Position numbers and translations under genes: made by a program | IMG/VR virus record: IMGVR_UViG_3300020469_003958 | Length of the DNA stretch: 20,000 nucleotides | Source of the DNA: an uncultured virus (IMG/VR IMGVR_UViG_3300020469_003958) | Lineage: Duplodnaviria; Heunggongvirae; Uroviricota; Caudoviricetes | Strand: one strand, 5' to 3' | In this document: positions 7,997-16,200 of the stretch, piece by piece | Position numbering within the stretch: position 1 is the first letter of the stretch | How the letters are laid out: the number at the start of each line of letters is the position of its first letter | Notes under the pieces: generated by a model | Database searches by the model: none | What the model saw: the letters and a program-made list of their open reading frames with translations, nothing else | What the model was told of the DNA's origin: nothing

Positions 7997-10062
7997 TTTA
8001 TTTTATGGTCTATTCCACCTCCATTTTGTTTTACTAATTCTGATTTTGTAACTGATAGTAATCCTAATATAGATTCAAAAGTTTGTTGTGGTGAAAAGTA
8101 AATCTTATATTGTACACCACCATTTAGATTTTGAGAACCATCAGTAGATATAGAACCTAACTTTATGTAGTTTGTTCTTTCAGCTGAAAACGATTGTAAG
8201 CTAGAAGTAGTTTCTATTCTATCAAACTCCACTCTAGTGTTATCATATCCTATTCTAAACTCAGAACCTACAATGTTATGATTGTTTTGCGGCACATCTA
8301 ATGTTACCACAAATTTATCTTCTTCCTTACTGATATCCAATAACACCTCTAATTCATTTGATTTTTGAGAAGATGATTTTCTAGCTGATGTTGATTGTAC
8401 ACCGGGTGAATTTGTTGATTGTGGTGCAGAATGTGAAAGATTTACATCACCTATAAATGAAACTTTATATTCTAAGGTTTGTATCGTATCTATAATACTA
8501 AAGGTAAAATTTGTTGATGGTGATTTATTTGTTTGTGTTTTCCAATTAGAGGTTGTAGTATTATCATATTCTGATTTAGGAACTATTCTCATTATCTCAG
8601 ACAAAGTTCCATTAAACGGAGTATCTCCACCATTTAAGAAAGATAATCCTATCTGACTATCTTGAAAATCAAAGTTACCATCTTGATTCACATCGGAATT
8701 TTGTAATTGAACCCCACTCAAATCTCCCTTATATCCTCCATTAATTCCACCACCAGCTAATTCATTAAATCCTGCAACCACATCTGCAACTGTAATATAA
8801 TCATCCATAAATTCTTCAGCTGTCCACCCCTCTATATTATCAGATGGATTATTAACAACTATTCTATGTCCTTTATATATTTCAACATCTTCAAATGAGA
8901 ACTCTGCTTGTAATCCATAATACCCATTAGCATCTCTGATATTAGATGAAAAGTTTGAGTTTGTGAAATCAAGTTCATCATCAGTAGTAATGTAATAGTT
9001 TGCCCAATATGAATCATCTGATACATAAGTTATAGTACCATCCCATAAATCAAATAATTGTAATTTTTTCAAATCGGTAAAAGTAAATCCATTTGGAAAT
9101 TCTCTTTTATCAATACCAACTTGATATCTTTTATTAGTATTATCATAATCATATAATACACACCACTCTACCGAACCACCAGTTGTAGTTGCCTTCTTAC
9201 CATCACTCATCGTAACTAAGTTTAAATAATCAGTTATATCTTTACTCCCATCATCATCTAAATAATATTTTGAATTCATTGTAGAAGTATTGTAATATGT
9301 TGAACCATCTTGTTCATTTGATGCATCATAATACACACCAAATCTATATTGTTCTGGTGATAATTGAGAATGGAATTCTAAATCTAAATCAACTTCAGGT
9401 TCTGTTGTAGTAGTTCCACCACTTGGGTCTACATTTGTCCAAGTTCCAAATTGATGATTGGAACTTATCCAATTGTAATTTGGTGAACTTGAATTTGCTG
9501 GTATTGAATAACCAAAATAGTAATAATCCCCTCCACCATATTCTTGGTATCTAAATTCAAATTCATACCATTTAGTATTATCTAAATTTGCAGTACCATA
9601 TCGATTAGAACAACAACCCCATTGAAATGTAATTGTTTGCCAAGTAGTAGTTCCTACTTCTCTATATCTAGTTTCTGATGAATCATCTGCATAAGTTTTG
9701 AAATTATAAGTTCCATTTTTATTTGGTTTGAACCAACCCGAATAGACTATTGCAAAAAATGAATTACCCCATCTCGGTGGGTGTCCTCCATTTAAACCAC
9801 CTGAACTCCATGGTGTTGCTTCACCAACATGAGTTAATGTTGTACCTGGTTGGTTTGTATCAACCATTGCATCAAACTCAGCAGTTGAATTAGCTCCACC
9901 ACTATACGATACATTATTATAACTTGATGTTGCGCCATTTCCAGAGTGAGTTTTGTAGGATTTATAATTTATTTTTCCTTCACCACTTGGAGTATAACCA
10001 GCACCAGTCTGACCAAACACTAAAGTTGGTAATAACAATATTAAAAATAACCATTTTTTCAT
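7993..10062 (-). CDS. Secreted PA14 + dockerin-like + cohesin-like protein, 689 aa
   Basis: Signal peptide (..LVFG/Q); PA14 motifs FAIVYSGWFKPNKNGTYNFKTYADD and YQEYGGG; EF-hand-like SDVNQDGNFDFQDS; C-terminal IVGSEFRIGYDNTRVEF cohesin-like strand pattern. Confidence 0.75.
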   Translation of the reverse strand: MKKWLFLILLLPTLVFGQTGAGYTPSGEGKINYKSYKTHSGNGATSSYNNVSYSGGANSTAEFDAMVDTNQPGTTLTHVGEATPWSSGGLNGGHPPRWGNSFFAIVYSGWFKPNKNGTYNFKTYADDSSETRYREVGTTTWQTITFQWGCCSNRYGTANLDNTKWYEFEFRYQEYGGGDYYYFGYSIPANSSSPNYNWISSNHQFGTWTNVDPSGGTTTTEPEVDLDLEFHSQLSPEQYRFGVYYDASNEQDGSTYYNTSTMNSKYYLDDDGSKDITDYLNLVTMSDGKKATTTGGSVEWCVLYDYDNTNKRYQVGIDKREFPNGFTFTDLKKLQLFDLWDGTITYVSDDSYWANYYITTDDELDFTNSNFSSNIRDANGYYGLQAEFSFEDVEIYKGHRIVVNNPSDNIEGWTAEEFMDDYITVADVVAGFNELAGGGINGGYKGDLSGVQLQNSDVNQDGNFDFQDSQIGLSFLNGGDTPFNGTLSEIMRIVPKSEYDNTTTSNWKTQTNKSPSTNFTFSIIDTIQTLEYKVSFIGDVNLSHSAPQSTNSPGVQSTSARKSSSQKSNELEVLLDISKEEDKFVVTLDVPQNNHNIVGSEFRIGYDNTRVEFDRIETTSSLQSFSAERTNYIKLGSISTDGSQNLNGGVQYKIYFSPQQTFESILGLLSVTKSELVKQNGGGIDHKIK

Positions 10063-10072
10063 ATTTTAAAAA

Positions 10073-10618
10073 TTACTTTTTATCTGGATTATCTATTCTG
10101 AAATATATTGAACCACCAACATACGGTCTTAACCTTCCTACATTAGTTTCCTTATCTAATAAATCATGTCTAAATCCAACATCTAAACTAAACATTTTAT
10201 CTTTAGGTGTTTTGTGTAATAGTTTTATATTAGCCCCACTAATATAGTTTTCTAAATCATATTGATATCCAAACCCTAAGAACCACTTAGGTTCTACAAC
10301 AGGTACATTAACAAACCTATCAACAGGTTTATCAACATAAACTTTTTTGATTATGGGTACTTGTGTTTCAACAATGACCTCTTTTATTACCTCCACACTT
10401 ACAGTATCTCTTTCGATTTTTGTAATGTATTTTGGTACATATATTTTTTCTTCTATGATTTTATCTACATAGATAGTATCAGTTACTATTACTTCTTTTA
10501 TTACTTCAACATATTCTATCTTAGCTGGTCTTTGGTATTGAGTTAAATACCCAATCAACCAAAACCCTATTATTAACAAACAAAGAAGCCATACGGAAAT
10601 TTCTATTTTTTTATTCAT
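10073..10618 (-). CDS. Membrane-anchored protein with V/I/E/K-rich repeats and C-terminal amphipathic beta-strands
   Basis: N-terminal hydrophobic helix; VEVIKEVIV occurs twice; C-terminal WFLGFGYQY, FSLDVGF, YVGGSIYFRI. Confidence 0.75.
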   Translation of the reverse strand: MNKKIEISVWLLCLLIIGFWLIGYLTQYQRPAKIEYVEVIKEVIVTDTIYVDKIIEEKIYVPKYITKIERDTVSVEVIKEVIVETQVPIIKKVYVDKPVDRFVNVPVVEPKWFLGFGYQYDLENYISGANIKLLHKTPKDKMFSLDVGFRHDLLDKETNVGRLRPYVGGSIYFRIDNPDKK

Positions 10619-10620
10619 AA

Positions 10621-12375
10621 TTAAAATGGTATTTTAGAACCTATCATAAACGAATTCATTATTGGAACAAATTCATTTGTACTATATATAACCGTCCATC
10701 CAATATTAAACGAAAAACTATTTGTTAATTGTATTGTGAATGGGTTTGCTAATATAACCATTAAATCTTTATTCATTGTAGAAAAATCTACAATATCATC
10801 TTCTTGCATTTGAGTATAAGATAAAGGTGCACTAACCCCAACCAATGCAGGTGTGTACATAATTCTATCAGTTATCTTAACTACATTAGAATAAACAACG
10901 TTATATCCTAACATCCAAGACTTAGGCAGGTCTCCACCCAACTGGTCTTTACCCATCATATAAGAATAGTTGATACCTAATCCAATTGTTCCCCACTTAC
11001 CTAATGGTTTCATCCTACTTGCTGATGCTGAAAATGCATTCATCTTATAGTTTCTCATATAAGAAACCGAAACACCATCTACCCAAGTAACTTGGTAATT
11101 ATCATTTAATGTTACACCTGATGTACTAAGTGAAAGGTTTGCTTGTTTTAAGTTATCATATATCATAAGGTTAGCACCATAACTTCTATCACCATAGATA
11201 GAACTCATAGATGCACCTACATTAAGAACTGTATTATAATCCAACGTTAATGCTTGTTGTTGAAGTAAATCAGCTTTTAATTGTATAGGTAGAAACTTCT
11301 TTTTCTTTTCTTCTTCCTCTTCCTCTTCTTCTTCATCACCATCCTCTTTATCTTCATCTTCCTCTTCTTCCTCTTCTTCCTCTTCGGATTCTTCTTCCTC
11401 TTCTTCATCCTCATCACTCTCTTCTTCCTCTTCTTCTTTTTCCTCCTCCTCTGATTCTTCTTCTTTTTCCTCCTCTTCGGATTCTTCGGATTCTTCTTCA
11501 GTTTCCTCACTATCTTCCTCGCTATCAGAATCCTCTTCACTATCACCTTCATCACTATCGCTATCATCATCACTATCCCCATCAGAGTCATCATCACCAT
11601 CTCCACCAGAGTCATCATCACTATCCCCATCTCCATCTCCATCAGAATCAGAATCACCATCTCCATCACCATCGGAATCGCCATCTCCACCAGAGTCATC
11701 ATCACCTCCACCATCAGAGTCACCATCTCCATCACCACCACTATCATCACCACCACTATCATCACCACCACTATCATCACCGCCGGAATCTCCTCCACTA
11801 TCTCCATCACCACCGGAATCTCCTCCACTATCTCCATCACCACCAGAACCATCACCTCCTGAATCACCGCCAGAGTCTCCTCCACTATCACCGCCAGAGT
11901 CTCCTCCGTTACCTCCTGAATCTCCACCACTATCACCGCCAGAGTCTCCTCCGTTACCTCCTGAATCTCCACCACTTCCATCTGAACCTCCACTACTTCC
12001 ACTTCCATCCGAACCACCAGAAGAACCAGAAGAACCAGAAGAACCTGATGAACTTGAATTAGTGTTGTTAGTTGCGTTGTTAGCTGTGTTAGTTGCGTTG
12101 GTAGTTTGTGTTTGTGTGGATGAACAAGGAGATAATGCTTGCCACCAAGCATATGTAGTTAATAACCATTGATGTAATTCACCATTGGTGTATTGTTGAT
12201 AAGTAAATACTCTAACTCTATTATAGAAAGATACTACTGCTGAACCCGTAGTAAAATCAGCAGTAACTACTTGTACTTCACCAGTACATCTATCCACAAA
12301 TGTCTGAGTGAAAGTTTGTGAATAACTAAGTTGTGTTATACACAGAAAGAAAAGTATCGTTAAAAGTTTTTTCAT
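10621..12375 (-). CDS. Secreted protein with long acidic low-complexity stalk and C-terminal outer-membrane beta-barrel-like domain
   Basis: Signal peptide (..LSYS/Q); small N-terminal domain with two Cys; ~250 aa of G/S/D then E; ~220 aa of alternating strands ending in Phe (IGSKIPF). Confidence 0.8.
   Translation of the reverse strand: MKKLLTILFFLCITQLSYSQTFTQTFVDRCTGEVQVVTADFTTGSAVVSFYNRVRVFTYQQYTNGELHQWLLTTYAWWQALSPCSSTQTQTTNATNTANNATNNTNSSSSGSSGSSGSSGGSDGSGSSGGSDGSGGDSGGNGGDSGGDSGGDSGGNGGDSGGDSGGDSGGDSGGDGSGGDGDSGGDSGGDGDSGGDSGGDDSGGDDSGGDDSGGDGDGDSDGGGDDDSGGDGDSDGDGDGDSDSDGDGDGDSDDDSGGDGDDDSDGDSDDDSDSDEGDSEEDSDSEEDSEETEEESEESEEEEKEEESEEEEKEEEEEESDEDEEEEEESEEEEEEEEEDEDKEDGDEEEEEEEEEKKKKFLPIQLKADLLQQQALTLDYNTVLNVGASMSSIYGDRSYGANLMIYDNLKQANLSLSTSGVTLNDNYQVTWVDGVSVSYMRNYKMNAFSASASRMKPLGKWGTIGLGINYSYMMGKDQLGGDLPKSWMLGYNVVYSNVVKITDRIMYTPALVGVSAPLSYTQMQEDDIVDFSTMNKDLMVILANPFTIQLTNSFSFNIGWTVIYSTNEFVPIMNSFMIGSKIPF
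11300..12060. repeat. Coding low-complexity region with nested tandem repeats
   Basis: 15-bp ATCACCACCACTATC x3 (11731-11775); 30-bp unit x2 (11783-11842); 45-bp unit x2 (11882-11971); 9-bp GAACCAGAA run from 12011; TCT/TCC triplet runs. Confidence 0.9.
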
Positions 12376-12378
12376 CCA

Positions 12379-13095
12379 TTAGTTTTCGAATATACCTTTT
12401 CGTATCATTCGTGCAACAATTCTTGCTGATGCAGTTTCTAATGCCTTTCGGGTAGATACTCCTATACCCGATTCTCTAAATTTGATTTCATCTACATCTA
12501 AACCTATTAACCCTTCTTGAGTTTTAACAGTCTTAGCAGTACCTAAACCAGAACCAACCAAATACCTACCTGTTTCGGCATCGGTGAACCTTACTTGTAA
12601 TCCCAAACGAGTTGTTTGTGTTTGTTTAGAACCATCTTTAAGAGAAAGAACTTCATCTTCAGATACCGAAAAATCATATATCTCAATTGTTACAAAGTAT
12701 TTAGCAAGTGTAATCTTACCCATACCATAAACCTTATTTTCAGATACACCTTTTCTTGATGCAATCCATTGAGATTTCATTCTATCTTTAATAGCTGATT
12801 TCTCCTCAACGAACTCAAATCTATTTGTCCAATCTAAGTATTCGATTACAATGTTAGTTAACCCTAATCCAACTCTACCATCCCTTAACTCAGGGTAAGT
12901 TTCATATAAATCATCAGAGATACCCACATCCAATAAAGCAACAGGCAACATATCACCCCAATAATCCGAAACATCATCAATTGATTTTTTCTTTTCGAAT
13001 TCAGCAACATATTCCTCTGCCTTAATACTTCCAACTTGTGCAAATGTGGTTTGTGTTAAAAATACACATACCACTAATAGTAATAATTTTTTCAT
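12379..13095 (-). CDS. CsgG/HfaB-like protein (curli transport channel fold)
   Basis: Signal peptide (TFA/Q); VGLGLTNIVIEYLDWTNRFEFVEE, AKYFVTIEIYDF, LGLQVRFTDAETGRYL follow the CsgG pattern (G....L...L..t.rF.vvER ... a.y...G.i..f ... v.lRlvD..TG.i). No lipobox Cys. Confidence 0.8.
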   Translation of the reverse strand: MKKLLLLVVCVFLTQTTFAQVGSIKAEEYVAEFEKKKSIDDVSDYWGDMLPVALLDVGISDDLYETYPELRDGRVGLGLTNIVIEYLDWTNRFEFVEEKSAIKDRMKSQWIASRKGVSENKVYGMGKITLAKYFVTIEIYDFSVSEDEVLSLKDGSKQTQTTRLGLQVRFTDAETGRYLVGSGLGTAKTVKTQEGLIGLDVDEIKFRESGIGVSTRKALETASARIVARMIRKGIFEN

Positions 13096-13193
13096 TATTC
13101 TTCGTTATCCAATATTTTTTTGAATTGTTCATATAATACGAACATAACTGTAACAATTGCTAATGTGAACACTATCACATCTAATAGTACCAT
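13095..13193 (-). CDS. Micro-protein, 32 aa, single transmembrane helix
   Basis: Not in track. MVLLDVIVFTLAIVTVMFVLYEQFKKILDNEE*; TAATG overlaps at both ends. Confidence 0.65.
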   Translation of the reverse strand: MVLLDVIVFTLAIVTVMFVLYEQFKKILDNEE

Positions 13194-13294
13194 TATTTTT
13201 TCCTCATATGATTGGTTAGGTTGGGATATAAACTGAATCCCAACTCAATTAACCAATTATCGATTCTTATTAATATGTCTATAATCTTTTTCAT
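13193..13294 (-). CDS. Micro-protein, 33 aa, amphipathic
   Basis: Not in track. MKKIIDILIRIDNWLIELGFSLYPNLTNHMRKK*; TAATG overlaps at both ends. Confidence 0.6.
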   Translation of the reverse strand: MKKIIDILIRIDNWLIELGFSLYPNLTNHMRKK

Positions 13295-13488
13295 TAATAT
13301 CCAAGTGTATCGAATACACCAAAGGTTGCATTATCCATTACGGATGGGTCTGATATAATATGAAACAATAGTGTACCCATTCCAAGTACCCACATTGTAA
13401 ACAACCCAGCAATCCATATCTTTAGAATAACATCCACCAGTTTATAATCTGAATGTTTACCCGTAAAAATTGTCATAAAATTCTCCAT
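13294..13488 (-). CDS. Small membrane protein, 64 aa
   Basis: Hydrophobic segment VILKIWIAGLFTMWVLGMGTLLFHII. Confidence 0.7.
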   Translation of the reverse strand: MENFMTIFTGKHSDYKLVDVILKIWIAGLFTMWVLGMGTLLFHIISDPSVMDNATFGVFDTLGY

Positions 13489-13510
13489 AGTTATTATTTT
13501 TGTAAAATTA

Positions 13511-13741
13511 TTAATGTGTATCTTTTATACTCTTAGGTAATCTCCAACCATGTATTCTCATTTGCCAAGAATACCAACCAGCAAACCCAAAGAATGATAT
13601 AACCCAAATAAGGGATAACCATTCATAGGTGTGCATTAAATCACCCAAAATTATAAAGTAAGCATTGAGGTAGATGATACCAGACAAAAATCCTATTAAT
13701 TGTCCCCATACTTTCCACCATTTCCTAAATCCATTTAACAT
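13511..13741 (-). CDS. Small membrane protein with two predicted TM helices, 76 aa
   Basis: Two hydrophobic segments, basic N- and C-termini, Trp-rich. Confidence 0.7.
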   Translation of the reverse strand: MLNGFRKWWKVWGQLIGFLSGIIYLNAYFIILGDLMHTYEWLSLIWVISFFGFAGWYSWQMRIHGWRLPKSIKDTH

Positions 13742-13775
13742 AGTCTTATAATTTAATGTAAACCAATATAACTGA

Positions 13776-14078
13776 TTACCAGTCTATCTCCTCTTCTTTT
13801 TCTTTCTTCTCCTTAACAGGCACTTCTTTTATTATAACTCTCTCTTGTGCAGGTTTTTGTTCTGGGATATTGATAATAATTTCAGGCCCAGTTACATTAA
13901 CCTCTTGTTTTTGTTCTACTTGAACTTGTTCGGTTTGCTCTTCATCAGATTCTATTCCTACAAATGATTTAACCTCATCTATAAAAACACCACCCAATGT
14001 AGTTAGTATGATACCAACTCCAGCTATTATTTGATTCTTTATTTGTGCAAAAAACCCTTCTTTTTTTTCTTCACTCAT
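13776..14078 (-). CDS. Membrane-anchored protein, 100 aa
   Basis: IIAGVGIILTTLGGVFI segment followed by an E/Q/K/V-rich tail. Confidence 0.75.
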   Translation of the reverse strand: MSEEKKEGFFAQIKNQIIAGVGIILTTLGGVFIDEVKSFVGIESDEEQTEQVQVEQKQEVNVTGPEIIINIPEQKPAQERVIIKEVPVKEKKEKEEEIDW

Positions 14079-14089
14079 AATTGTATATT

Positions 14090-14467
14090 TTAATTGTTAA
14101 CAACAATAGAAGCTATACCTATGATGTCGTGATTATCATCAGTTAACTCCAATGTATATCCATTATTTTCCAACGAAGATACATAAACCTTTAATATGTT
14201 ATCTCCTTCGTTAGCATCTAATTTCTCTTGAGATACCAAATTTTTTGAAATATCTCTAATTTTAACTCTATATGTTCCTGTGTAAGGTAATTTAATATTC
14301 ATTCTTACTTCATCAGAAACAATCGTTGATTCTACTTTTAATCCTTGAACATCTTCTATTTGTAAAGATTCAGGAACTTCTACTATATCATCAATAGGTG
14401 AGATGATATCATCATCCATACAACCCACTAACAAAAATACCGATAATAATAATAATACTTTTTTCAT
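14090..14467 (-). CDS. Small lipoprotein with Ig-like domain resembling a T9SS C-terminal sorting domain
   Basis: LLVGC lipobox followed by acidic MDDD; 'YRVKIRDISKNLV...GDNILKVYVSSLENNGYTLEL' resembles the 'v.IyD..G.lV...G.n...idvs.L..G.Y.l' pattern. Confidence 0.75.
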   Translation of the reverse strand: MKKVLLLLSVFLLVGCMDDDIISPIDDIVEVPESLQIEDVQGLKVESTIVSDEVRMNIKLPYTGTYRVKIRDISKNLVSQEKLDANEGDNILKVYVSSLENNGYTLELTDDNHDIIGIASIVVNN

Positions 14468-14469
14468 TC

Positions 14470-16200
14470 TTATTCCATTATAAAATTAATTTGTGTACCA
14501 TCTGCTTTAACACCTTCATTAACTTTGAAAGTGATTAGACCAGATGTATTTTGTAACTGAACTATTGGTGTAAAGATTAACTTATAAGGAGTACCTGTTT
14601 TAACAGTTGCCTCAAAGTTTTGGTCAAATGAACCAATATTTATTTTTCCATCTTCTTCAATGTGATTTGAGAAGTTAGTCATAGTATTACCAGTATCGAA
14701 GATAACGTTATCTAATACTAATCTTGTTCTATCGTATATGATATTAAACTGAGCTCCAATCATTTCTTCAACTTGTGAACCGATTGTGAATTCTACCAAC
14801 CCATCCTTTAACTCAGATGTTAAATCTAAATTAGCCTCCTCAGCAGTTCCACTAAACTTAGAACCAGCAGCCATACTCATTCTTGCAACTGATGCATTTG
14901 CTTGTTGTGATGTTGGTATTGCAGTACCTTCAGTATCAGGTTCCCAAGAGTGTGAGAAGTTAACATCACCCATAAGAGCGTGTACAAAGTTAAATGATTT
15001 ATTTGAATCAGTTGGTTTGAATGTTGCATCAATACCAGCAAAATAACTTCCATTCTCATCTATTGTACCAAACGTTGATTCGTTACCACCCGATTGTATT
15101 GCTCTACCTTTGTAAGTTATATAAGTTGTGTTATCACTACTAACCCCTTGTAGATAAGCAAGTATCTCATATGAATCTTGGAAATCAATCTTACCATCAA
15201 ATGCTTCATCGTGGAATATATTTGCTAGGAATGTTTGAATGTAATAATCAAATGTGGTTGTTGACCCATTAGGTGAATTACCCCCACCAATTGCCTCAGC
15301 GAATACTAATGCTAAATCAGATACAGTTACTACATTATCCATATAATCTTTTGATTGGTCAGCGTAATTCCAAACAAAATATTCTTTATCATTTTCTAAA
15401 CCAGTTATAACTGCTTGGCCAGATGCATCATATTGACCTGTTGCAACTGCTGATGCTCCATCATTTACTTGATTACCAGCACCGATATCAGATTTGTTGT
15501 AAACATTATAAGTGAAGTGAGTACCATCTCCAATATTATCATCAATGATGTTTGATAATATAGTAAGGGTTACATTACCTGCATCACCACCTTCAATGTT
15601 TGAAAGAGATAAGTTGAAATTTGAAGTACCCTTAGTAACACCTATTTGTGTATTATCTGATTTCTTTAAGTTAACCCAGTTAGCATTTAATATACTTGAA
15701 TAGTTTGAATAGTTTGAATTTGCCTTATCTTTGATTATAAACTTATATTTAATAATCTCAGAACCATCTCCTAATGCAGTTACATCTTGATATGTTATTC
15801 TTTCAACACTCCAATCAGAGTTTGTTGGATAACTACTATTAGAACCTAACCAATATGTATATTGTCCATCATAATCATCTACATCCTTATTTGAATCAGG
15901 ATTAAACTTATAACCATTCCAACTGTTAATTGCCTTTTGAGCTGATGTTGATGTTGGTTGCCAAGTTGATGATATTTTATTTAATAACTTGTTGTTGTAC
16001 TGAAAGTCAAATTGATAAAGTGATGCATCTATATCAGCACCATTTGCATCCTTTGCCTTAAAGTAATTGAACTTTACTTCTAATGTATCACCCACCTTAG
16101 TAACTGAATTTACAGATGAGTAATCAAGTTTCGCATCGGTTTGTCCGAATACGTTTAGTGTACAAAGTACACTTACGAATAATAATAAAATTTTTTTCAT
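14470..16200 (-). CDS. Secreted cohesin-like + dockerin-like + cohesin-like protein, 576 aa
   Basis: Signal peptide (NVFG/Q); N-terminal KVGDTLEV...YQFDFQYNNKLL; VTVSDLALVF, DGKIDFQDSYEILAYL, GDVNFSHS; C-terminal MIGAQFNIIYDRTRLVL...KINIGSFD; clearly paralogous to the C-terminal part of 7993-10062. Confidence 0.75.
   Translation of the reverse strand: MKKILLLFVSVLCTLNVFGQTDAKLDYSSVNSVTKVGDTLEVKFNYFKAKDANGADIDASLYQFDFQYNNKLLNKISSTWQPTSTSAQKAINSWNGYKFNPDSNKDVDDYDGQYTYWLGSNSSYPTNSDWSVERITYQDVTALGDGSEIIKYKFIIKDKANSNYSNYSSILNANWVNLKKSDNTQIGVTKGTSNFNLSLSNIEGGDAGNVTLTILSNIIDDNIGDGTHFTYNVYNKSDIGAGNQVNDGASAVATGQYDASGQAVITGLENDKEYFVWNYADQSKDYMDNVVTVSDLALVFAEAIGGGNSPNGSTTTFDYYIQTFLANIFHDEAFDGKIDFQDSYEILAYLQGVSSDNTTYITYKGRAIQSGGNESTFGTIDENGSYFAGIDATFKPTDSNKSFNFVHALMGDVNFSHSWEPDTEGTAIPTSQQANASVARMSMAAGSKFSGTAEEANLDLTSELKDGLVEFTIGSQVEEMIGAQFNIIYDRTRLVLDNVIFDTGNTMTNFSNHIEEDGKINIGSFDQNFEATVKTGTPYKLIFTPIVQLQNTSGLITFKVNEGVKADGTQINFIME

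Noticed and set aside
11731..12060. Tandem repeats considered as a CRISPR array or curlin repeats
   Set aside because: Units are multiples of 3 with no unique spacers and no cas genes; the peptide lacks the curlin Q-x-G-x-x-N pattern.
11277..12152. 291-aa minus-strand ORF (V/M/E-rich then K/R-rich)
   Set aside because: Alternate-frame shadow of the low-complexity stalk of 10621-12375; repeats suppress stop codons.
13511..13741. Holin call for the two-TM protein
   Set aside because: Topology is compatible, but there is no endolysin in the window and no recognised family motif.
9924..15059. ORFs 9924-10247, 10361-10546, 14786-15046 (+) and 14877-15059 (-)
   Set aside because: Antisense or frame shadows of larger, well-supported genes.
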